A stretch of DNA of 64,000 nucleotides, taken from Paramecium tetraurelia (Eukaryota). The translations under genes and the position numbers were made by a program. Below the pieces are notes generated by a model. The model searched no databases, had not been told where the DNA came from, and worked only from the letters and a program-made list of their open reading frames with translations. The stretch is taken from positions 310,001 to 374,000 of the forward strand of contig CT868660.1 in NCBI GenBank assembly GCA_000165425.1, written 5' to 3'. Shown here piece by piece: positions 41,369 to 54,125 of this stretch; position 1 is the first letter of the stretch; the number at the start of each line of letters is the position of its first letter.

Positions 41369-43267
41369 TCACTTTTAAGGGTGGTCTTACATTTTGATGG
41401 TTTTAACTGTAGATTTCTCCTCTTCTTGCTGGCTCTCTTTTAATGGATTTTTGTGTACAGATACAACAGCTCTTCCAGATTCATCACTATTGTTTTTGAA
41501 AGCCTCATCCCATTCTAAGGCCTAAAGATATATTGTATATAAATACTTTTTCAGTAGAACAAGCAATTGACTTACTATAGGGCACAGTCAAGGCAGCACT
41601 ATCACATGGAAATGATTAAGAATAAACTTATCTATACCAATATTGTTCCTTATCTCTGGGAGTTGATATGGGATAAGTAATAGAAGCTTAAGAGAATAGT
41701 TAATCTGAAATTAATTGATTGGCCCTTTTTATGATTCCATCTCTCCAACCATAGCCTACTCCATCGCTGAATTGTTCCTTTTATCTCCATAATATTTCTT
41801 ATGGAACATATGGATTGTCTAAATCTTCAAATGCTTTTCTTAATACATATTTTTCAATTTATGGCTGGAATGAATTGACCATTTTATATTTAGGATCAAT
41901 AGACATAACATATTCAATCCATGACCTATTCATAAATGGTGGTCTAGTTTCAATACCCCAAGCTAAACAAGCTTTATTAGTTCCGAGTAGATCATATTTA
42001 TATAGATCATTTAACTTCCTTATTAATTCTTAATGAAATTCAATTCTATTTGGTGCTTTATGGAAATATAGATAACCTCCAAATAAATCATCACTTCCTT
42101 CTCCAGTTAAACATATTTTAATCCCCAGAGCCTTAACTCTTCTACACATCAGATACATAGGTGTTGCTGTTCTAATTGTATTTTTGTTAAATGTCTCTGT
42201 ATGATAGATGACTTCTGGAATATAATCCAATGCTTCTTCAACTGTATAAATAATTGACTGATGTTCAAATCCATGATAATCAGCTACTTTTTAAGCGTAA
42301 TGTAAGTCTGGGGATCCTTCCAAACCAATACAAAAAGAATGAACTTTACTCATTCCTCTCTTACTCAAATCGATTTCTCCATTTTTAATCATTCTTGCAA
42401 CAATACCAGCAACAATAGAAGAATTAACACTAAAATTATAATGTAAGATATGATTACCCTCCAGAAATAAACAAACCGAATTGTGCATCTCCTTTTATTT
42501 CTCTTCTTACAACGTCAATCAATTTCTCTCTCATTTCCTAAAAATTGATTTCTCCATTTGGTATCAGATCAAAATTATGCCAAAGGGGATTGTACCATTT
42601 CCTTATTTCATGAGTTTGATCTATAAAATGACCTATTATTTTTTAATTATGAATTCTAACCTGGGGGAAATTATCTTACGTCAACTACTTAATCATGAAT
42701 TGCTTTTAATTCGGATGATAAAAATAGGGCCCCATCTTTGTTGTAGCCATAATACAAAGGAATCATTCCTATATGATCTCTTCCTGCATAAAATGTGTTA
42801 TTGTTCATATCCAAAAGAATGGTAGCATGCATTCCATCCATGTGATTCCAAAAACCATTTGGACCATACTTGTATTAAAAATATTTCTCTTACTTCTTTA
42901 TAGAGCATCCCTACTATTTCTGAGTCAGAATTGCTGCTAAATTAATATTTTTTTTCAAGTTCTGGTTTGATCGACCAATAGTTGTAGAGCTCTCCATTTT
43001 ACATGTAATAGATATTCTAATCATCCACTAATTAAAATGGTTGTCTTCCTCTGTCACTCAAATCTACAATGTTTAATCTCTCATGAGCTAGGATATGATA
43101 AGTATCTGGGCCAGCTTCCTTATAAAAGTAAAATTGAAATTTACTATAATAATGATACGAGATTTATCAGGACCTCGATGTCTTTGTCTCTTTGATAGAT
43201 TGTATGCTAGAGTTCGCACCTCATAATAAATTCCTTTGATGTTGAATATCGCCAAAATTCCACACAT
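41369..43267 (-). CDS. ASNS: Asparagine synthetase, glutamine-hydrolysing (AsnB type), with divergent catalytic motifs
   Basis: MCGILAIF Ntn start, RHRGPD, AHERLNIVD, NGELYN, GEGSDDLFGGYLYFHKAP, WRQKEQFSDGVGY; several introns. Confidence 0.93.
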
Positions 43268-43746
43268 ATTTAAAATAGAATACCATTATCTTGAAAATAG
43301 TATGCTATAAACTAGTAAATGCGCACTAATTAATATGAAACATTAATATTAATATTCAATTTGGCCATTAAAATCAATTAAGTTTAATAGAATTCAAAAT
43401 GCAATTTATATTTGCCCACATTAATAAATATATATTTTATTATATTATATATAACAAATGCTAATCTCTGTCTGATTTATGTAATCTCACATTTAAATTC
43501 AAACACTTTTGACAGAATTTAAATTTATAAATCTTCCAAAATTTAAGCCCCAATAATGATAGAATTTTATAAAAATAATTAAGTGATCCTTTGTAATATG
43601 TATGAATTACATTATCGTATGAAGCATACAATTAATATTACTTTTATCTATGCAATCAGAAATATTTTATATGATAATCTACTTAAAATTAATTAAATTA
43701 ACTCCTTAATTGTTTATAGATACAAGAGAAAACTCTAAATCCATCA

Positions 43747-44542
43747 TCAAGGCTGAAATTTGATAAATATATAATAAAATTATTTATTATACAAAAATGT
43801 GATCACCAAATCTTTCTCATCTTCTTAAGAAGTTTTTGTATGTATTTTGAAATAGATTTTTCAGCTTCTGAGTTTTCCATGTGATCATACTAAGGTTTAT
43901 TTGAGTGTTCCTTTCCATTTTTTAGCTGATCCACTTTTTTATCAGAATCATTTAAATTTTAATTTTGTAACTAAATTTCAGTGAAATTCAAATTTTTTGG
44001 ATCTTCAGTTTTACATTCATTTTCTTTTAAATCTTTTTCGGTTTCCCCATCAGATGTGATTACGTTTTATTATTAATCGAATTCTTCAGGTTATTTCTCC
44101 TAATCAGAAGATGTTGGTTAACTTTGGTTACTCTATTCTTTACTAGACATAGAAATTTAATCTTAGATGGGTGCCTATTGGATAAATAAATTGAAAATAC
44201 AAAATATTTTGCATATTACAATGACAATTCATCTTAGATCCAATCTAAATTTACATTATTATAGTTTGGATCTGGCTTATATGCAAAATCTTCTTCAGTC
44301 ATGGGGATATTGCTCGTACAATTCTATTCATGAAAAGGCAACTATGAATATGGGTAAATATGGAGATAATTGTATTTGCAATGACCATAAAGTGAGTCAT
44401 CTTACCTCCAGCATTTTGTTACATGTAGCAATAATTATTCTTCAACCAACTTTAATGTACAACCATAAGGGCATGTAATAGGCGCCCTATAATCATTAGA
44501 CATATTGAAGGCCTGATATTTGGGTATCGTCTCTATGCTCAT
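43747..44542 (-). CDS. GTSF1/Asterix-like tandem zinc-finger protein with an acidic tail
   Basis: CPYGCTLKLVEEQLLLHVTKC, 10-aa linker, CKYNYLHIYPYSQLPFHEQNC (CHHC, U11-48K type); intron 44175-44200; exact 3' end uncertain. Confidence 0.75.
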
Positions 44543-44752
44543 TTCTTAGTTAAAAACTTAAATTTTATAATAAATTATAATTTAAATCTCTTAAGAGATA
44601 TATAAATAATTTTGCACGTCATTTTGAAGCTAATTTTTATTAGAAATGACAACATTTCAAAATTATCATAATAAAATTAGTTCCACTAGTCCAGCTCTTT
44701 TATAAAAAGAATTTTTATAATTGTTTTATATTATACAATTAAGAATAATTTA

Positions 44753-47620
44753 TCAATCAATTAGAATGGCATTTATTTCATTTTCACCTTAAGGTTAAAA
44801 TTTATCTTAAGAAATAATTTCATTATCGTTGTCGAATTGAGGCAAGCTTCTTTCAAAATGAGTATATCCATGTTGAATTAGATCACCATAACTGTTAATT
44901 TTAGTATTTTATATTATTGGATATAGAGGATCCTTAATGTCTAAACTACCCTTAATACTTCAATATATATTCTTTACATTTTAATCAACAATAATAGAAT
45001 CAACTTTAACATTTAGCTACTAAATCTTCTTCAATATTTCCCACTAATATTGATCGATCCTCAAACTAATACAATTTTTTTTACAAATTGGACAAATCCA
45101 TTTCATATGTTCTGCATGAATCATCATATCCAAATAATTGTTTAAACTAAAACATTGTTGATGTTAACAAAATTCTCCTCTAAATTATAAATTACTTTGT
45201 ACCTTGCAGGTATTTTCATCAAATCGAAAGAATATTAGCAAATAAGACTCACTTTAGATTTATCCACTTTAATTTCGTTTTTACAAAAATCAACCTTAAT
45301 TTGAGACATGATACTTTAATTAACTATTGAATGAATTACTGAATCCAAACTTTAATTCTGAACTAAATACAATCCAAAAATATATATTTATTTTGGGATC
45401 TCTTACCTCATTTATGAATCCGGAATCATTTCTACACATGTGAAAGTATACTTCTTATAAATTCCACAAGTTTTTTAAAGAAAATCAAGATTAATTGAAA
45501 TACAATGATCTTTTCTTTTCTTTAGACATGATTTATCAATAAGAGGTCTAAACTCCTTAATGGTTTAACCATTAATTAGAAGAATGCAATAATTAGGGAA
45601 TGTGAAATCTGTTAATCCATTTTAATTCATCACAACACATCTAATCTCCAGTTATATCCCAGGTATTAGAAATTACTCTTATGTGATCGTGAATTCTAGA
45701 TGTATTTTACTTTACGACTTTTATTAGTATTGATATTCTAAAAATCCCAAAGAAAATATAATTTTCTTGAATGGATTCAATTTTTCTAATAAACAAGATG
45801 AGCAGATTTTTATATCATCTTCTATATCTATCAGTTTAACTTTTCCATCGATTTATTTGCAATAATTACATTGTTTCCGATTGGTTTTGATTTATAGTGA
45901 TTTATTTTATGTTGAAAGATACACATTCCCACTGGTAGTAACATCATATGTCTCTAATTTAGGTTTTTAATCTTTTTAGAATTCTAAATTCTAACCACCT
46001 TCAAAAATTCTATTAGATTAAGGGTAGATGTTTGGTTAATAAAAGAGTTAGTTTGGTAGTTGGTTACTTTGTATATGGCTTTACAATTAGTAGGGGAATT
46101 AATTTTAATTCCAGTATTAAAGATTTTATTTTGGTTGGTGATTATTTCTTTCTAGATTTACACCTAAATAATCATTTTTGTGGATTTGTAGGTTCTGAGC
46201 AACATATTTAGAGGATTCTTTTGGAGTTTCATGTAAAGGATTCAAAAGAGGGGCAGAATCCATATTCTGAAAATCGCAAAAAGAATTTTTCTATTATATT
46301 ATGCAATTGCTTGTATTAGTTAGAGAATTATTTAAATTGTTTTTTTCTACATTCATTGAATAATTATCTGGCTTTTGGTAGGCAGGTTAAGATTAGATAA
46401 TGTTAAATTGATTTTCTAATAATTATTTTTGCTTTTGAATCTGAAGTTCAATTCCACCAATAGATTAGAATGAATTTTGATTAAATTATGGAACTTCAAT
46501 TAAAGGGGAAATAATAGGTCTCTCAATTAATTTTTTTTAATTGAAATTCATATTTTTTAAGTTTTACTATGGATTTAATATTTTCGATCTTTAATTATGA
46601 TCACTTTGTTGAGCTTTCCTATTTTAGATTAGATCATCCATTTAATGCTTTCCTTATGTGTTTCTTAATTCCTAAATATTTCTTTTTTTTAAAGACTCAG
46701 AATCAGAAATTTGTATTACAAATTCATCCTCTTCTGGAGAAGTGTCAATTATAGCTCTGGAAGGTTTTTTTTTAATTTGAATTTATCTACTTTTTCTAGA
46801 GTTTGAATCGTTGGTTTTATTATTATCATTAACCCTATTATTTTCTCTTTCATCATTTTTTTGTTAAACTTGTAACTACTTTTTAGTTTCAATTTTATCA
46901 TTTGGTTTGGTTATTTAATGAGATTATTTTTAATTGTTGAAGTCATTTATGTTATTGTTCTTTTGTTTTTGATTACATTCTTAGTTATTGTCTTTATCTT
47001 TTCTTTCATTCAAATCTTCCATTTAAACCTATTCATTAGAAGTGCTTTTTTATGTTTTTTCTTTCGAAATATTTTTATCATGATGATTATCATTAAGAGG
47101 ATCAAAACTACACTGAGATAATTTTTGATCTTATGGTACTTTCAAATCTAAATTTGTCGGATTGTGAGCACATGGATTTTCTTCAATTTCAAAGGGATTT
47201 GATTACTTTAATTTAACTTTTTTCTTGTTCTTGGGAGTATCGATTTAATCCTTTTTCTCCTTGTTTGACTCTTAATTTGATTTAATTATACTTTTACTTT
47301 GCAAACCTTAATTTTTTTGCTGAGAACGATCTACATTATTTTTCTTGAAATCACTTCTTTTTATAGAGGATTATTCTAAAATATTTTCAATTTCATTTTC
47401 AGCTTCCAAATAATTTATAAAGAACTAAGCAAACTTTCTTTGAAAATCCTAATCTTTTATATTACTGAAATTTTGTAATTAGAGTTAATAGCATATGTTT
47501 GTTAATTGCCAATCTTAATACTATGTATAATAAATAAAAATGTTTTACCTGATAAATTGGACACGTTGGATCCTTCAGCAAATCAATCATCACATTTTCT
47601 AATAGTTTTTTATGCTCCAT
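44753..47620 (-). CDS. SIZ/PIAS-family SUMO E3 ligase (SP-RING/zf-MIZ)
   Basis: VSLICQYSFDLMKIPARGEFCQHQQCFSL...WICPIC SP-RING; upstream CNYC..CSSC finger and FTFPNYC...KKRKD segment; long disordered N-terminal half. Confidence 0.9.
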
Positions 47621-47714
47621 AAAATATTATAATTAATAAAGGGCTGTGATTTAATTTCAAAGAAAAATGCAATCCAGATTAAATTTCAAATATCATCATA
47701 AAAAATTAAAAAGC

Positions 47715-48128
47715 NNNNNNNNNNNNNNNNNNNNNNNNNNNNNNNNNNNNNNNNNNNNNNNNNNNNNNNNNNNNNNNNNNNNNNNNNNNNNNNNNNNNNN
47801 NNNNNNNNNNNNNNNNNNNNNNNNNNNNNNNNNNNNNNNNNNNNNNNNNNNNNNNNNNNNNNNNNNNNNNNNNNNNNNNNNNNNNNNNNNNNNNNNNNNN
47901 NNNNNNNNNNNNNNNNNNNNNNNNNNNNNNNNNNNNNNNNNNNNNNNNNNNNNNNNNNNNNNNNNNNNNNNNNNNNNNNNNNNNNNNNNNNNNNNNNNNN
48001 NNNNNNNNNNNNNNNNNNNNNNNNNNNNNNNNNNNNNNNNNNNNNNNNNNNNNNNNNNNNNNNNNNNNNNNNNNNNNNNNNNNNNNNNNNNNNNNNNNNN
48101 NNNNNNNNNNNNNNNNNNNNNNNNNNNN
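47715..48128. other. Assembly gap (414 N)
   Basis: Run of n; the ORF-track entries crossing it are artefacts. Confidence 1.
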
Positions 48129-48576
48129 TTCCTTTTTAAAGAAAATGAAATTTAAATAAATTGAATAAAGGAAAATTAAAAAATAAAAGAAAGATTTAAG
48201 GAAAGTTTTCAATTATTTTTAATAAATAATTAATGTGTGGGGGGACATTCAGATTTTATTAAAGTGTAAGATGTTTTATAAATATGGAATCTCACAAAAA
48301 TGAATAAAAGATATTACTGATGAAGTCTTAATAAATTATCTCAAATTTTTGAGTTTTAGGGAGCGGATAAATATTTCAAAAATTTTAATGAATTTTTATA
48401 GTTTAGTAAATTAAATGAAATCAAATAAATTAGACTAAATTCTTGAAGAAGAATAGGGTTATTAGTAATTTAAGAAAAATCAGTAAATGCAAAATATTCT
48501 CCTTGATGATTTGTGATATTTATAAATATAATTAAAAACATAAAATAGTTAAATTATGCTCATTTCATTTTTAAAT

Positions 48577-49925
48577 TCAAAATACTGAACAAGATCTAGA
48601 ACAACAAGAAAAAGAGGATGGTATTTCTTTTTCTCCTTCTAAAATTGTTTATTTTTAAGAATAAGTAGTAGTTTTAGTTGCTTCACCATATTTTTTAGTA
48701 ATTTATTTTTTGCCATTTCGCTTTTCCATATTTTCACTTTCCATTTCAATCAAATCATCTTCATCATCATCAATTTATATAAACTATTAATCTTATTTTT
48801 TTGTTGTTGAACTTTGATAAGATTTAGATTTCTCTTCAAAATCTTCCTGTTGTTATTGTTATTATTGTTGTTGTTATTAAAAGTTGTTCTGATACTATTA
48901 TTGCTCTCCTTATTAAGATTCTATCTAGTCTTCAAAGACTTCCACTTACTGGTTCAATAATGGATTTCCATTTTCTTCTAATACTGTAATTTTCATAAAG
49001 CTTGGCTTTTTGTTGATTGAACTTCCCATTGAATTAAGTGATAAATGAGAGTTCTTTTTTAATAATCTATTTGTTCCAGTATGAGTTTCTCTTTTCAAAA
49101 TTGGCCTAAAATAAATTTAACATTTTACCAAAATAATTCCATATTATTGAAATCACCCCCATATTTTATTTCCAATTATTCTTTTGGGATATACTGCAAT
49201 ATTTACTAATATTCTGTTATAATTTTTATTTTAACTTACAAATCCTTTATTTTTTCTATAGTTTAATCTAGATAATAAATACCAGTGAATTGTTTGACAA
49301 TGTCATCGATATCGTCTGGTCCATTAACTATTAAGATCTTATTTAAGTTTCCATAAAAGTGCAACTACAAATACAATAAGTCATCTAGTTCTATGACTGG
49401 TAAATCGGTATCTAAATCCAAGATGATTGTCCAATTTTCAACATAATAATCAATTAACAACTATCTTTTAACAGTTTCCAAAAAGTAAGCCATTATTTTT
49501 ATATCGCAATATTATCTAATTACAATGACAGGGCGAAATTAATTGTCAAATCCACAAACATACAGATGCCCTTTCTTTAATTCATTAATGCAATCTTGCT
49601 TTTGGTATTCTTATAGGAAATTTAAATGAGACTAGCAGTTCTAAAGTGCTTTTAGTATAAAAAATGACATACAATAATCGCTTTTTCAATATTATACTGG
49701 GCAGCCATTAACATTTTCAATAGAATGCTTCTTTTTAATTTTACCTGCAATCCCTTCTCCTTCATTTTCGTTTTAATCTCTTCAATTAATTATTTCTCAT
49801 AATCATCATAATCAACATTTTCAAAAATGTTCCTTTAAATAGATGTTCCATTTCCACTTTTTATGTAGAACTCTTAAATAACAAATATTTAATACCACTA
49901 TGTACGATGGATGTAATTCCTTCAT
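48577..49925 (-). CDS. CRAL-TRIO (Sec14-like) protein with a C-terminal CAAX box
   Basis: GHLYVCGFDNQFRPVIVI, YFLETV...YYVENWTIILDL; polyQ/acidic tail; ends SCCSRSCSVF-TGA. Confidence 0.8.
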
Positions 49926-50260
49926 AAATCATTAATATTAATATTTTAAATATTATGTATTATCATTAATTATTAAATTATTGCTAAATAGATATCATAT
50001 TGAATCATTTAATTGATAACATCAAATAAGAGATAGCGAGTATCATAAAAGTATATTGGTTTTGTTCAGTAAAGCCATTGATAAAATACAAATAATCTTG
50101 TTAAGCACCTTAACTTAATCTTGGATATCTACTTGGTATGCATTATATTATCAAAATCAATATCCAAATTTTCAAGTCTTTAAATCCTAACAAATGACAA
50201 GATGTTAGCCTTGTTTGATTAATCAAATAAATTTAAATCTTTTTATTAAAAAATTTTATT

Positions 50261-50561
50261 ATGGGAAAACTTCACGGAACCTTAGCCAAAGCTGGTAAAG
50301 TTAGAAAGCAAACTCCAAAGATTGAAAAATAAGTCAGAAGACACAAAATCCCAAAAGGAAGAGCCTACAAAAGAATCTGCTTCAATAGAAGGTCTTCACT
50401 CTTTATATTCTTTTAGATTCGGATCAGCAGCAGCCTCAACAGGACCATAATAAAAGAGAAAGGGACCAAATTGGCATGCAGGAAGAAAGGACTTAATTGA
50501 AGAGGAAAGAAAGAAATAAGTCGAATAAAGAAGATAAAGAAAGAAGGACGTACCAAAATGA
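50261..50561 (+). CDS. RPS30: 40S ribosomal protein eS30
   Basis: MGKLHGTLAKAGKVRKQTPK...KGRAYKRICFNRRF...KGPN; intron 50392-50416. Confidence 0.97.
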
Positions 50562-51135
50562 TTAATAACATACAGTAGATTATTTACATACAATAAAACA
50601 ATTTAAATTAGCAATTATCAAATGATGTAGCAATCTATTGTTTAACCCCATTTTCTATTGTCTACATCTTTCTACACATTAATTTAATTTTGCTACCAAT
50701 CACTAAATATTAAATATTATTTAAAAACATTACGAAATAAGAAGAAAATAATCATTTAGAAATATGTGTTCAATTACCTCTCCAATTTGTCTAAGTTCAC
50801 TTCAATATCTATCTATTTTGGAATCTAGTTCTTGATTAAAATAGAATAGTATGATGATTAAAATAGATTCTTCATTTATAGCCTATTTTCCACTTTATTT
50901 ATTTTAGAATAGATTATATGACTTTGAATTTGATAGCTTATTTTCTTGTATAGTTATTTTCTACTTTATCTTAGGTAATAGTGTCATTCTACAACAGCAC
51001 TTGCATATATCCTTTAAATATTGGTAGGCACATAAATTTCAATAAAAATTATTAATCTCCATTAATAATACTTTTTTAATAAATCAATAATTAAATGAAA
51101 TTTAAATTTCTAGTTAGAAATGCATTGAAAAATAA

Positions 51136-51675
51136 TCATATTAGACTCTTTGATGATTTTCTAGACCAACTAGAAAACTTACTAAAGTTATTATAATTAA
51201 AGAGACGTATTTAATCCTCTAGAATTGACTATTCTTTCACAGGAACAGTATCTTTAATCGTTATAGGCGATACTATAATCGTTTATTTAGAATCAAAGCG
51301 GTTTGGAATGGTAGTAAATCTAGTATTCGAATTCAAACTAAATTATTGCTTATAAATTTTATCCTCATCATATGTCTTTTTCATTGATGTATCTCTTTGC
51401 GTATTTCGTAGAGTTTCAAGCCTGAGATTTTAAGGGACGCATTTTTTACGTCTCGGCTGTGGAGACATTTTTGAAATCCAAGTATAATTAGAATCATATT
51501 CATTTGAGAATTGATTTCTAACTTCTCTTAATTTTATTTTCTTTAACATATCTTAAACATTAATCTTATAATTAACACTATTGAAGGAATTCTTCTAATT
51601 TTAACTGAAGATTTTTTCTATAATCCGATTTCTGTTATTTTTCCTTGTATCAAACCTTATAATTTTTTCATTCAT
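51136..51675 (-). CDS. Hypothetical basic protein
   Basis: Intronless code-6 frame MNEKIIRFD...FSSWSRKSSKSLI-TGA. Confidence 0.65.
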
Positions 51676-51719
51676 AAAAATATTTAATTAAATAATATTA
51701 GGATTATATATCATATTAA

Positions 51720-53016
51720 TCAATAATTCAGATAAGAGTTATGCAATCTATAAAGGATATAGTGCTTTAATTAAACAAACAAAATAAATTTTTCTATTTA
51801 TGTTTTAGAACACTATGAAAAATATATGAGGATTTTTTCTATTAAATTCAAATATTGATCTTCATCTATCAATTCATTTTTCAAGTCTTAAATTTAATTA
51901 ACTTAATTTAATGTGAGCAAAGATTCAAGAGAATTAAATTCTTTATTTGAATTGATAGAAAAAAAAAGTTCATCCTTTTTGATTTGATCTTAAATAGACT
52001 TTATTAATTACTATATATACATTTAATAAAATGTAAATCTTTTCATACTCTTCAATATGAGTAGTACTTATAGAAGTGCGAACAGCTTTTGTCTGAAATT
52101 GTTAAGTGAGATAATCAGTGATTTCTAAATTCTTTACCCTTAAAGGTAGTGGTAAGTAAAAATATGAGTTTACTGTGATAAAAGGGATATTATAATTAAA
52201 TAAAATCTTCTTTTTTCCTATTTTCTAATACTCAATCTAAGGATGAATCTTAATCTGATTAATATTGTCCACATAATCTATACATCCTTTGATTTAAATC
52301 CCTGCAAATTTGATATCTTTTAATCTCGATAACCTAAGAAATGATATAACTGATTACGATGTCGAAATTAAATGTTTGATCATTTTGTAATTCATTTCGA
52401 TCAATTAAAACTATTAATGCAGTTTTAAGCCCTCCAAATATTCCTCCTTTACTAATTTGGTATCAGTGCAATAGTATAGGTATGGATAGTTGTGAATTAA
52501 GTCAATTAATTGTAAATCAAATTCTTGAGAAAATACTATAACCCTACAAAATTAAGAGTTTATTGAAACGTAATCTCTAAAGGATTAGGGCTCTGTAGTA
52601 CTTGTTGAATTACTAAAAACTAAAGAATCTTTTTGATCTTTCCAATCTGTAAAATCAAAATACTTAGTTTCAAATGAATACTAATAATATTAGATATATA
52701 AAACCCTTGAGATTTCTATTTTTATTTTTTATTTTAGCAATTCATCATTAAAGTTGACTATGATACAATAAAAATTATTTTGATTTTAACCATCAGATTC
52801 ATTTATTATTTTTAATAAATTATATTGATTTTTCGAAGTACCATAATTTTCTATTACTTCATAGCTTATTTAGACCTCATCCATGATAAAGCTTTATAAT
52901 TCTTCAAAGGATAGTACACTTGAGGATTTGACAGTTTTTGGTGAGCCTTCTCTAGAATTCTCTGATTCAGCTAATTCTCCAAAATTTTGTTCCGGCAGTG
53001 TTTTTGAAGATAACAT
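51720..53016 (-). CDS. Hypothetical protein
   Basis: MLSSKTLPEQNFGELAESE... long frame; 3' introns only approximately placed; TGA at 51720-51722. Confidence 0.55.
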
Positions 53017-53238
53017 AAATTTATTAAATATATTGAAATAATATATATATACTTAAATGAATATTTAAATAGGTGTTCTAGATATTAAAAACATTTGATT
53101 TTGAGAGATTATGAAAAGTAATCATAATTTGGATGCATAATACTAATTATCAAAATATTATAAAAAAAATTTATACTTAAATGATAATTATATCTTAATT
53201 TGTTATAAAATAGTAGTTAGTTAATATGTATAGGGTAA

Positions 53239-53743
53239 TCAAAGATCAGCTCCGTCTTTCATGAATTCAGAAAGGTCTTTCAGTTGTCCAAACATATTAA
53301 TATTATTTTATAAATTTTTGAGGGCTTTTTCTAAACTGTCATTGAGATGTTCAAGTGTGACCTTTAAAATTAATTCATAATGTACATTTTTAGTTTTTAA
53401 GAATTGAACTGTCATTTCACTCTCAGAGTATACTCTCTTAATTAACTATCTCAAATCATGGATCTAAAGTCTAATAATATAATACTTCATAAATCAACTC
53501 TTATTGCTTATTCTCTAAATGATTCACTTATTATTGCAGAAGTTGATTGTCATTTTTTAATTTCTAGTTCTCTTGTTGAATTAGCTAGTCTTTCTGTTGT
53601 ATTTGAGATGGGAATTAATTAAATGCTTGAAGCCAATATGATGATGATTAAGATGATTCAATCTCATGTGATTAATTTACATTTAACAGTGACAGACCAG
53701 ATTATTAACTTGATGAAAGGTTACATGATTAAAATGCTAACAT
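53239..53743 (-). CDS. Small coiled-coil (leucine-zipper-like) hypothetical protein
   Basis: MLAFQSC...ENQKLKNDNQLLQQQVNHLENKQQELIYEIHDLRQL...DGADL-TGA; two introns. Confidence 0.7.
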
Positions 53744-54125
53744 TTTAACACTTAGATTATATTTATTTATTAATTTGTGTTTTAAGAATGGAGTTGTTTA
53801 TAAAGGCTGCGTAATTGCAATTATTTTCAATAAATAAAAATTAAATGACCCACTTATGGCTAATTCTTCGTAATATTATTTGGTTACTAGAATTTAAGAA
53901 AGTAGGTTTTCTTAGAAATTATTTTGTCTTAGAATAAATTGACTCTCCAAATAAAAATTTGAATGGTTAACGTATACCATAGTTCATTATTATAAAACCC
54001 AGAGGATTTAAATTAAATTGTGTTATAATTAAAATCCTTGTTGTCAGTCATTAACTCAAAGAATATTGCAATAAATGTAATTGAGGGAGAATTTATACAA
54101 TATAAAGTTAAAAATAATATGGAGA

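Noticed and set aside
41815..42825. Plus-strand ORF-track entries over ASNS, and similar antisense ORFs elsewhere
   Set aside because: Shadow ORFs antisense or out of frame to well-supported genes
47667..48212. Two long ORF-track entries
   Set aside because: They consist almost entirely of X residues from the N gap
51660..51780. Possible fusion of the 51720-53016 and 51136-51675 genes
   Set aside because: The upstream frame ends at TGA 51722-51720; the apparent read-through is in a different frame
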